A stretch of DNA of 32,000 bases from assembly GCF_000025505.1 (NCBI RefSeq), contig NC_013849.1, positions 870,001 to 902,000 of the forward strand, in the 5' to 3' direction. Under the pieces are notes generated by a model. That model did no database searches and was not told where the DNA came from. It saw only the letters and a program-made list of their open reading frames with translations. Origin of the DNA: Ferroglobus placidus DSM 10642. Lineage in GTDB: Archaea > Halobacteriota > Archaeoglobi > Archaeoglobales > Archaeoglobaceae. Below, piece after piece: positions 15,404 through 23,073 of the stretch; position 1 is the first letter of the stretch; each line of letters begins with the position of its first letter. Position numbers and translations under genes: made by a program.

Positions 15404-16033
15404 GTGGACGTAGTTTATGGGGGAGGTAAATACGGAAAAGAAGCCGTTGAGTGGCTGATAGAAAATGGCAGAGAATTCGTAGTGATAGACGTCGACGAGA
15501 ACTGCCTCGTTAACAGAGAAATGGACGTTGAAAAATTCGGAGGAAGGTTTTTGAAAGGAGAAATTCGGGAGCTGCTTGATGTTATCGAAGAAGAAAAGCC
15601 GGAGTATATTTTTCCCACCGCTCCGATCCACATAGCAGCTTCGCTCGTTTCAAAAAAGTTTAATCTTGAGGTTTGGAACGAAGGAATAAATTACGTTCTC
15701 TCCGGTATTCCAGCAAAGATAATAGTTTCAGCCGGAAGAGGTAGTGTTGTTGTGAGCTACAACAGAGATTACACCTGCCTACCTAAGTGCTCAGCTCCAG
15801 ACGTTTGCCCCGTTACTAAAATTAGAAAGCCCGCTCCGATGTACTCTCTATTAGAATTCGCTATTCCGGAGGGATTCGTGATAAAAACGATCTACTTGAG
15901 ACCCGGGTTAGGAGCTGTAAGAGGAGAGGAAATTTTAGATCTTTTCGACTGGGCTGAGAAAAGAGATAAAATTTTCGTTGCCACAGCCTGCAGATGCCAC
16001 GGAGTCGTCACGGCACTCAGACGACGTCCTTAA
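15404..16033 (+). CDS. Hypothetical protein: N-terminal Rossmann-like GGGxxG segment plus Cys cluster
   Basis: 209 aa, GTG start. Features are VVYGGGKYGKEAVEWL...VVIDVD and CLPKCSAPDVCPV ... ACRCHG. I do not recognise the family. Confidence 0.6.
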   Translation: MDVVYGGGKYGKEAVEWLIENGREFVVIDVDENCLVNREMDVEKFGGRFLKGEIRELLDVIEEEKPEYIFPTAPIHIAASLVSKKFNLEVWNEGINYVLSGIPAKIIVSAGRGSVVVSYNRDYTCLPKCSAPDVCPVTKIRKPAPMYSLLEFAIPEGFVIKTIYLRPGLGAVRGEEILDLFDWAEKRDKIFVATACRCHGVVTALRRRP

Positions 16034-16367
16034 ATTTATCTATTTCCTCGGAAACTTCCTCTAAGATGTCACTCACTATCTTTTTAACGAGTTTTTCCCT
16101 TCCTTCATCTTTGAGAATGTCCATGAGCCTGTAGAAGTCAAATAGTATCTTTTCGGCAAACTTTCTGTCGTTTAAAGCCAGTCCAATTCCAAGGAGTCTG
16201 CCGAAGGTTAACATGGCAAAAAGCAGCGTTTCCCCGAAAAACTTTTCCTTCAGCTTTTTTATCGCCTTTTCGTCATCGGCTTTTTCGGCTAAAAGCTCGA
16301 CTATGGCAGCCATGACTTCAGCCGCTTCCTCAGCGGAAAGATTGAAAAGTCTGTATAATGGCTTCAT
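16017..16367 (-). CDS. Hypothetical helical protein, translationally coupled to purD
   Basis: 116 aa with an ATGA overlap with the purD stop. Acidic/helical composition, no recognisable family. Confidence 0.5.
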   Translation of the reverse strand: MKPLYRLFNLSAEEAAEVMAAIVELLAEKADDEKAIKKLKEKFFGETLLFAMLTFGRLLGIGLALNDRKFAEKILFDFYRLMDILKDEGREKLVKKIVSDILEEVSEEIDKFKDVV

Positions 16368-17800
16368 TCCGGCACGTCCAACCCTATAGTCTTCCTGTAT
16401 CTCATTCCCGGAAATCTTATCTTCTCAAGTTCCCTGTAAGCTTTTTCTCTCGCTTCCTCAACACTTTTTCCAAGAGCTGAAACTGTCAGAACTCTTCCGC
16501 CGGTTGTTTCGTATCCATTTGGAGTCTTCGCGATTCCGTTAGCGTAAACGTAAGCATCTTTGACGTCCTCTATTCCCTTTATCGGCTGATTCGTGTAATG
16601 GTCTCCTGGGTAACCGGGTTTAATTCCCTCTCTGCCAACCATAAATCCGCTTACAGCACAAACAGCTACGCAGTAATCGCTGCTGAATTTCACTTCAACT
16701 TCGTTCAGCTTTTTATCTATTAAAGCGAGAGAAATCTCGGCTAAGTCGCTCTCCAGCCTCGGAAGCTTTGCTTCAGCTCCGGGATCGCAATCTCTCACGT
16801 TAATCTCAAGAACTTTCGGAATCAATTCCTCGTTCTCTTCAACGAGCATTATGACCGGGTATAGAACTCCTCTGAATTCGATCCCTTCGATTTCCTTGAA
16901 CTTCTTTATTATTGGCTCCACAACGAGGTCCATTATCTTTCTTTCAATTTCCTCGTCAACCTTAGGGTGAGGTGAAACAGCCCCCATTCCTCCGGTGTTG
17001 GGATTAAGCAACTTCCCTTCGTCGAATAGCTTCTTAGCTTCCTCCTTTGTTATGTATTTCCTCATGTAGCCTATGTAAAACTTCCTCATTCCCTCAACAT
17101 CGTCAGGATCGAAAGCTCTCTTGTAATCCTTAGCGTGTCCGAAGGGAACCACATGCTTACCATCGCTTAGAGCTGTAAAAGCTACCTCGATTCCGTAAAG
17201 CCTTTCCTCTATCTCAACCCTGTTTCCAGCCTCTCCGAATCTCTTCCTTACCATTATCTCATCCACAGCAAACAAAGCTTCTTCAAGCGAGTCGCAGACG
17301 AAAACGCCTTTTCCGGCAGCCAAACCGTCAGCTTTCACAACAAGGTTCTTCCCGGGGTTGTTTTTGTAGTAGTCCTTTACGAACTCCTTAGCCTCATCAG
17401 CGTCGTCGAAGTTCCAGTACTCTGGAATCGGCACTCCTATTTTTCTCATAAAATCTTTAGCCCAGCACTTGCTCGCTTCGAGTATAGTAGCTTCTTTTCT
17501 AGGACCTACCGCTGGAATCCCTTCCTCCTCAAGTCTGTCGACTAAACCCAGACTTAGGGGCTCTTCCGGACCTATGTAAGCCAAATCAACTTCAGCTCTT
17601 TTAGCAAAATTCACGATATCTTCTATCGCTCTTATGCTCGGAATTTTTTTCCCGTTTAATTCAGCCTGTTTGCACTTCGGAAAGAGGTAGCTTCCCCCAT
17701 TACCCGGAGCGACGAACACTTCCTTCACTTTCTCGCTCCTCGAAAAAGCGTGAGCTATCGCATTTCCTCTTCCCCCAGCATCGACGACAAGCACCTTCAC
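16364..17800 (-). CDS. purD: Phosphoribosylamine--glycine ligase
   Basis: MKVLVVDAGGRGNAIAHA, ATP-grasp core and NTGGMGAVSP. At 478 aa it is longer than usual, owing to an insert before NTGGMG. GTG start. Confidence 0.9.
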   Translation of the reverse strand: MKVLVVDAGGRGNAIAHAFSRSEKVKEVFVAPGNGGSYLFPKCKQAELNGKKIPSIRAIEDIVNFAKRAEVDLAYIGPEEPLSLGLVDRLEEEGIPAVGPRKEATILEASKCWAKDFMRKIGVPIPEYWNFDDADEAKEFVKDYYKNNPGKNLVVKADGLAAGKGVFVCDSLEEALFAVDEIMVRKRFGEAGNRVEIEERLYGIEVAFTALSDGKHVVPFGHAKDYKRAFDPDDVEGMRKFYIGYMRKYITKEEAKKLFDEGKLLNPNTGGMGAVSPHPKVDEEIERKIMDLVVEPIIKKFKEIEGIEFRGVLYPVIMLVEENEELIPKVLEINVRDCDPGAEAKLPRLESDLAEISLALIDKKLNEVEVKFSSDYCVAVCAVSGFMVGREGIKPGYPGDHYTNQPIKGIEDVKDAYVYANGIAKTPNGYETTGGRVLTVSALGKSVEEAREKAYRELEKIRFPGMRYRKTIGLDVPE

Positions 17801-17872
17801 GTCCTCAAATTACATTCTCGAAATTAAAAACTATTCGAAAATTTTTTTAAAGTTTAACGGAGATGTTTTTTC

Positions 17873-18523
17873 GTGAAGTTTGACGAATTGCTTTCTCTAC
17901 TTCAGGGAAAATCCACCGCTTTGGTTTACGATGACCCTTACGCAAAACACGTTTTTCTCGATGAAATAATAAGAAGAAAAGAGGGAAACCTCTACTACGT
18001 AATCTACTCCGACACTGAATGCAGAAAGCAGAGAGTATACGCTGAAGAGATAGCGAAGATCGACGAAAAGCTTTCTGAATACTTATCGAGAATAAAAGTT
18101 ATCAAAATAGGGTTTAGCGACTTTTCCTTCAACAACAACCTTTACGCTTTTATTAGAGAGGAAACAGCCAGAAGTATTGCAAGAACCCTCGTCAAGCTTG
18201 TAAGAGACATCCCCGGAGAAGCCTTCATAGTTTACCTTGGCTTCGGTTTGATGAAGCACTTCCATCAGGATTACAAAGAAGTTTTAAGGGCTATCTGGAG
18301 TTTGTGCGACGATTTAAAGACAAACCTGTTTCTTTTCAACAAAAGAAATTACGAGGACTACTATTCCTCATTTTTCGACATCGTTTTGAGACTCGAGACT
18401 TCGGAAATCGGAGAGATAGGACTTTCGAGAGTTTACACTTTAAGCATCGAAAAGAGCGTTATTCCAACAGTGCCGCCCCACGACATAATGAGGATAAGAA
18501 ACAGAGAATTCATCGAGTTCTAA
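17873..18523 (+). CDS. RecA/KaiC-superfamily-like protein lacking a Walker A P-loop
   Basis: 216 aa, GTG start. The layout resembles archaeal KaiC-like ATPases, but the GPPGSGKT position reads DDPYAKH. The assignment is by pattern only. Confidence 0.5.
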   Translation: MKFDELLSLLQGKSTALVYDDPYAKHVFLDEIIRRKEGNLYYVIYSDTECRKQRVYAEEIAKIDEKLSEYLSRIKVIKIGFSDFSFNNNLYAFIREETARSIARTLVKLVRDIPGEAFIVYLGFGLMKHFHQDYKEVLRAIWSLCDDLKTNLFLFNKRNYEDYYSSFFDIVLRLETSEIGEIGLSRVYTLSIEKSVIPTVPPHDIMRIRNREFIEF

Positions 18524-18644
18524 CGGCTACGGTTTATTATTATAACAATAACAAGACATTTCTTTAAATAAAAAGAAAAAATTAAATATTAGAGCGAATA
18601 TAACACTATAATGGTTATTGCCGCGAAAATTTCAGGTGTTGAAA

Positions 18645-18920
18645 ATGCATGAAAGGCGTTCAAAGTTTGAAATAATCTATGAAATCCTTTGTCGAACTCA
18701 AACGCCAGCGAGTAAGACGAAAATTGTGTACGGAGCTAATTTAAATTTTAAACTTGCTGAAAAATATTTTAGCCTATTGGAGGAGATGTCTCTTCTCGAA
18801 AAGGTAAAAATTGACGGTAAAACATGTTATGCGATAACTGAAAAAGGTAGGGAATTCATAAAGAGATACGAAGAGTTGGCAAAAGACATTTCGAAAGACG
18901 TTATAGCTAAATATCTCTGA
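18645..18920 (+). CDS. Small winged-helix DNA-binding protein (archaeal predicted regulator family)
   Basis: MHERRSKFEIIYEIL...TKIVYGANLNF.LAEKYFSLLEEMSLLEK...YAITEKGREF. The start is set at ATG 18645 (AGGTG upstream) rather than TTG 18618. Confidence 0.65.
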   Translation: MHERRSKFEIIYEILCRTQTPASKTKIVYGANLNFKLAEKYFSLLEEMSLLEKVKIDGKTCYAITEKGREFIKRYEELAKDISKDVIAKYL

Positions 18921-19080
18921 GTTTTCTACCAGCCTCTGTCGCGATGTATCTTTCTCCAATTATTTTTATAAAACCAAAGAATTCTAAAAATTCGAAAATT
19001 TCTTTTAAACTTTCAACCACTGCGCCTTCTCCATTTTTGAGAATTCTTTCCGCCAATACAAATACAGAGCTAATAAACAT
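18907..19080 (-). CDS. Possible 57-aa ORF resembling the C-terminal half of a winged-helix protein
   Basis: Below the track cutoff. Sequence: MFISSVFVLAERILKNGEGAVVESLKEIFEFLEFFGFIKIIGERYIATEAGRKLRDI. TATATATA at 19111-19118 lies about 34 nt upstream. The GGTG abuts the ATG, which is poor SD spacing. Overlaps the convergent gene by 14 nt. Confidence 0.35.
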   Translation of the reverse strand: MFISSVFVLAERILKNGEGAVVESLKEIFEFLEFFGFIKIIGERYIATEAGRKLRDI

Positions 19081-19190
19081 CACCTTGTTTATTTTTTTCT
19101 TTTTTAAAAGTATATATAGGTATGCTAAACTTCTGTTAACCTTCGAATAAAAAAGAAAACGTTTTATCCAACCTAACCAATTTTTCGAAC

Positions 19191-20009
19191 ATGGTAAAGG
19201 TGGGAATTTTAAAAATGGGAGCGATTGGAACCGCTCTTCTCGTCGAGTATTTGCTGGATGAGAGAGCTGACAGAGAAGATATAGAGGTAAGAGTTGTTAC
19301 GAGCGGAGCGAAAATGCAGCCGGAGGAGGCTAAAATTGCCGAAAAGCTTAAAGAATTCGACCCGGACTTGGTGTTGGTTGTTTCTCCGAACGCCGCTCTG
19401 CCAGGTCCGAAAGCTGCGAGGGAGGCTTTCGAAGGAAAGCCGGTTATAGTTATAAGCGACGCTCCGGCGAAGAAGGCTAAGGAAGAATTCGAGCAGAAAG
19501 GCTTCGGATACATTCTCGTCAACGCCGACTCCATGATCGGAGCGAGAAGAGAGTTTTTAGATCCGACGGAAATGGCTCTGTTTAACGCAGACGTCGTAAA
19601 GGTTCTTGCAGCAACTGGAGCCTTCAGAATCGTTCAAGAAGAAATAGACAAGGTCATCGAAGCTCTGAAGAAGGGAGAGAAGCCGGAACTTCCTAAAGTT
19701 GTTATAACAGCTGAAAGAGCTGTTGAAGCCGCTAAGTTCAGCAACCCCTACGCTAAAGCAAAGGCTATGGCAGCATACTTCATAGCGGAAAAAGTTGCTG
19801 ACGTGGATGTTAGAGGCTGCTTCATAGAGAAAGACCCGGAGAAGTACATACCTCTCGTCGCAGCGGCTCACGAAATGATGAGGATAGCTGCAAAGCTTGC
19901 GGATGAGGCGAGAGAGATCGAGAAGAGTAACGACACTGTCTTCAGAAACCCGCACGCGAGAGATGGTAAAATCCTTTCAAAGACGAAGCTGATGGAGAAA
20001 CCTCAATGA
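19191..20009 (+). CDS. mtd: F420-dependent methylenetetrahydromethanopterin dehydrogenase
   Basis: 272 aa. MVKVGILKMGAIGTALLVEYLLDERADRED... is the characteristic Mtd N-terminus, and the length matches. Confidence 0.9.
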   Translation: MVKVGILKMGAIGTALLVEYLLDERADREDIEVRVVTSGAKMQPEEAKIAEKLKEFDPDLVLVVSPNAALPGPKAAREAFEGKPVIVISDAPAKKAKEEFEQKGFGYILVNADSMIGARREFLDPTEMALFNADVVKVLAATGAFRIVQEEIDKVIEALKKGEKPELPKVVITAERAVEAAKFSNPYAKAKAMAAYFIAEKVADVDVRGCFIEKDPEKYIPLVAAAHEMMRIAAKLADEAREIEKSNDTVFRNPHARDGKILSKTKLMEKPQ

Positions 20010-20974
20010 GGAAGAGAGTCTTCATCTCTCTCCTCTTTTTTTCAATTTCCGTTGTCGTTCTCGCCCAGATTTTCGTGATTCTCAAGTACCTTGAGGGCGA
20101 AATTTACACAATTTTCGACGGAATATACTGGGTTATTGCCACCATAACAACCGTCGGTTTCGGAGATATCGTCTTTAAATCCACCATAGGCAGAATATAC
20201 ACAATCTTCGTCATGCTCTACGGAGTTGCTTTTATCTTCGGATTTTTCTTTCCTTACGTCGTTATTCCGTTTGCCGAAAAACGTCTTTTGTTTAAACTTC
20301 CAGAAGAAAGCTCGTTAAAGGATCACGTAATTATATGCGGAATAAACAGGATAAGCAAGATCGTCTATTTAGAATTGAAGAGGATCAAGAGAAACTGTTT
20401 GCTGGTGGACGATGATGAAGAGAAGGTTAGAGAAGCTCTCGAAGAGGGATTTAATGCCGTAATATCGGATTACTCCCTCGAGTCTTTCAAAAAGAATAAC
20501 ATCGAGAAAGCTATTGCGGTAATTTTATTTGAAGATGCCGAGAAAAACCTCGACATTTTGCTGACTCTAAAGGACTACGAGCTGGATAAATACGCTGTCT
20601 TAAACCTTCCAGAGTATGCAAAATATTTGCTCATGGCTGGAGCGAAAAAGGTGTTTCTTCCCAAAAGCTTGGCTGGGAGTCAGCTCGCGAAGTTCGTTTC
20701 CGAAAATATAAGAGGCACTGTCGAGGCGAGAGAGATAACTAAAGGTTACGGAGTGGCGGAAATTTGCGTTAGCGAATTTTCGAAAATAAGGGGAGAAAGT
20801 ATAGGCAGAATAGAGAGAAACTTCGACGTCAAAATAGTGGCAGTTCTCAAAAGAGGAAAAGTTCATTTCAACCCGGAAAAATCTTTGAAAGTGGATGTTG
20901 GAGATACGATTCAAGTTTTCGGGAAAATGGAGAACATTCAGAGGCTTTTCGAGGAGGCGAGGGGGTACTTTTGA
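20006..20974 (+). CDS. Two-TM potassium channel with C-terminal RCK (TrkA-N/TrkA-C-like) domain (MthK-like)
   Basis: TTVGFGD selectivity filter between two TM helices, followed by an RCK-like region. ATGA overlap with the mtd stop. Confidence 0.85.
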   Translation: MRKRVFISLLFFSISVVVLAQIFVILKYLEGEIYTIFDGIYWVIATITTVGFGDIVFKSTIGRIYTIFVMLYGVAFIFGFFFPYVVIPFAEKRLLFKLPEESSLKDHVIICGINRISKIVYLELKRIKRNCLLVDDDEEKVREALEEGFNAVISDYSLESFKKNNIEKAIAVILFEDAEKNLDILLTLKDYELDKYAVLNLPEYAKYLLMAGAKKVFLPKSLAGSQLAKFVSENIRGTVEAREITKGYGVAEICVSEFSKIRGESIGRIERNFDVKIVAVLKRGKVHFNPEKSLKVDVGDTIQVFGKMENIQRLFEEARGYF

Positions 20975-21597
20975 AGGTTCTCGTAGTCGGATTTGGTGAT
21001 GTGGGAAGAAGTGCCGCGAGAATTTTATTAGCTAAGAAAATCGAAGTTGTTGCGGTCGACGTGGAAGAGAAAGGAGTCGAAGGAATAAACTTCGTAAGAG
21101 GAGACGCGAGGAGTGAAGAGTTCTGGCAAAACTTCAATCTCGACGAATTCAATTCAGCTATTCTCGCTTTGCCAAGTGACACCGATGCAATCTTAGTTGC
21201 AATGATTCTGAAAAAGCTGAAACCTGATCTGATAATAGTGGCGAGGTGCAACAATCCGGAGTACGTCGAAAAGCTTTACAAGGCTGGAGCGGACTACGTT
21301 TTCGATTTGCCTTCAGTCACTTCTGAAGTTGTCGTATCAACAGTTTTAAGGGAGTTCGCAGCTAAGAGGCTTTTCTACGAAGGCTACCTTATAAGTAAAT
21401 ACAGAGTTCTAGAGAACGCGAAAATAGTTGGGAGGAAACCCGAAGAGTTCAAAGACATAGTAATCCTCGGAATTGAAAAGGACGGAGAGGTTGTAGACAA
21501 AGTGGAAAAAATCCTGCCCGGAATGTGCATTATCGCAGCCGGTAAAAAAGAAAAGATTCTCGAGTTCGAAAAACTGTTCATTCCTTCAAAGCAATAA
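20971..21597 (+). CDS. Soluble RCK/TrkA-type NAD-binding regulatory protein
   Basis: MKVLVVGFGDVGRSAARIL Rossmann motif plus a TrkA-C-like C-terminus. TTG start overlapping the channel stop (TTGA). Confidence 0.8.
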   Translation: MKVLVVGFGDVGRSAARILLAKKIEVVAVDVEEKGVEGINFVRGDARSEEFWQNFNLDEFNSAILALPSDTDAILVAMILKKLKPDLIIVARCNNPEYVEKLYKAGADYVFDLPSVTSEVVVSTVLREFAAKRLFYEGYLISKYRVLENAKIVGRKPEEFKDIVILGIEKDGEVVDKVEKILPGMCIIAAGKKEKILEFEKLFIPSKQ

Positions 21598-21985
21598 TCC
21601 TTCCCCCCTCCAGTTCTCTTACCACAGCTCTTCCGTCGACGATGATAAGATCTGCTTTAACTTTCTCCACAAAACACCCCTCTTTCAGCAATACTTCCTT
21701 CGCTTCAACAAATCTCCCAGCGGATTTTGGGAAAACGACAACTCTATTCTCTGCCGTTACCTTGGAAAACCTGCATTTAGGACCTATAACCGCATTTTTA
21801 CACCTTATCTCCCCTCTAACGAAGCATCCCGGAGAGAGAACGACTTCTTCAGCCTCAACGTCTCCCCAGAAGGATACGAAAAGTCCGGCTCTTATCTTCC
21901 CGTCAAACCTCAAGTGTTTATCGACGATCGAGTCCTTTTTTACGTAAAGGACTCCGTTTGTTTTATCCACCACGTACCTCTTCAT
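21578..21985 (-). CDS. Bactofilin-like (beta-helical repeat, polymer-forming cytoskeletal family) protein
   Basis: 135 aa with repeated short beta-strand units (VVLSPGCFVRGEIRCKNAVIGPKCRFSKVTAENRVVV...EVLLKEGCFVEKVKADLIIVDG). Assignment by repeat pattern only. Confidence 0.55.
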   Translation of the reverse strand: MKRYVVDKTNGVLYVKKDSIVDKHLRFDGKIRAGLFVSFWGDVEAEEVVLSPGCFVRGEIRCKNAVIGPKCRFSKVTAENRVVVFPKSAGRFVEAKEVLLKEGCFVEKVKADLIIVDGRAVVRELEGGRIIALKE

Positions 21986-22446
21986 TTCCTAACACCCTGC
22001 CTAACCTCTACAGCCACTCCCCTTTCAAAGGTGAGCATTTCAAACGCTGAAAGCTTGGCTTTTCCAGTTGCGAGCAACTCGTCCTCCTCGTTAACGATTA
22101 TGACCTCATCGTTAGCTCTAATGCTCTCGTCCACCTCAACGACATGCTTCGCAAAAACGTTCTTTCCCCTCGCGATGAAATCAGATACTTCGCTCATCAC
22201 AACAACCCTCAGTTTAGGATAGCCGAAGAACTCCTTAAGCCTTCTCGCCCCCTCAATACTTAAGCTGAAAAGCCCGGTGTCGGGTTTTAGGGTTGCTATT
22301 CTAACTCCTTTGTGCTTAACCTGCCTAACTTTCCCGGTAGATTTTGAGATCACAAGCTCCACGTCATCGGGAAACAAAACCTCTCCGGCACCTTCTCCAA
22401 ACTGGTAATCCGCTATAACTCTGATCATCTTAAGCCTATCGTCCAT
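21982..22446 (-). CDS. PUA-domain RNA-binding protein (archaeosine transglycosylase C-terminal-like)
   Basis: IRVIADYQFGEGAG N-domain, then a PUA-like C-terminus (KNVFAKHVVEVDESIRANDEVIIVNEEDELLATGKA). ATGA and 11-nt overlaps with its neighbours. Confidence 0.75.
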   Translation of the reverse strand: MDDRLKMIRVIADYQFGEGAGEVLFPDDVELVISKSTGKVRQVKHKGVRIATLKPDTGLFSLSIEGARRLKEFFGYPKLRVVVMSEVSDFIARGKNVFAKHVVEVDESIRANDEVIIVNEEDELLATGKAKLSAFEMLTFERGVAVEVRQGVRK

Positions 22447-23032
22447 ACCTCCTTTCCCTCCTCTGGTAGTCTCTCAGACACCTTAGAAAGTCGATATATC
22501 TAAAACTTTCCCAGTCCGCATCGAGAAAGTAAAGTTCGCTGTAAACTATCTGCCAGATCAAAAACTCTGGAACGGAGTCGTCAGCCTTTATTATCAAATC
22601 CGGCTGTATTTTGAACCGTAAATTCTCCTCAATCATCTTTTCTATCGAATTCAGATCTATTTCGCTCAAATCTTTCTTCTTCAAAATCTCCTTCACGGCA
22701 AGAAGGATTTCTTCTTTCCCGGTTATGCCAACGTTTACGAAGACTTTCGGCAACCCTTTTCCGAATTTTTTAACTCCGTTTTTTCCGATCAACTCCACTT
22801 CCGCTTCAAGCTTCGAAAAGTTGTTAACGAAGTCGTTATCCATAGAATCGACGCATATAACAACATTTTCGACGGAAAACTTCCTGCACCAATCTACGAA
22901 CTGAAGGAATTTTTCAAAATTTCTCCTCAAACTTGCAAAGTCCGTTACGACCATAACTGATTTCGGAAGATTTTCTTTCCTCAGAGATTTTTCGAGCTTT
23001 TTCACGTAAATTTTTTCTATTAATTTCCTCAT
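22436..23032 (-). CDS. cis-Prenyltransferase (UppS) family paralog with degenerate active site
   Basis: The C-terminus DLIIKADDSVPEFLIWQIVYSELYF...WESF...RRERRYGR aligns with the UppS motifs DLVIRTGGE.R.SNFLLWQ..YAELYF...RERRFG. The N-terminal IMDGNxRWA motif is replaced by VVTDFASLRRN, and RTGGE by KADDS. Confidence 0.7.
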   Translation of the reverse strand: MRKLIEKIYVKKLEKSLRKENLPKSVMVVTDFASLRRNFEKFLQFVDWCRKFSVENVVICVDSMDNDFVNNFSKLEAEVELIGKNGVKKFGKGLPKVFVNVGITGKEEILLAVKEILKKKDLSEIDLNSIEKMIEENLRFKIQPDLIIKADDSVPEFLIWQIVYSELYFLDADWESFRYIDFLRCLRDYQRRERRYGR

Positions 23033-23073
23033 CTCAAACTAAACTTTTTAAGCCAAATACTTAAGTCTAACCA

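Noticed and set aside
17833-19001. 12-nt direct repeat ATTCGAAAATTT (17833-17844 and 18990-19001) flanking the RecA-like and wHTH genes, considered as possible mobile-element ends.
   Set aside because: Tens of chance 12-mer repeats are expected in 32 kb of AT-biased intergenic sequence. There is no integrase or transposase, no tRNA target and no longer terminal repeats.
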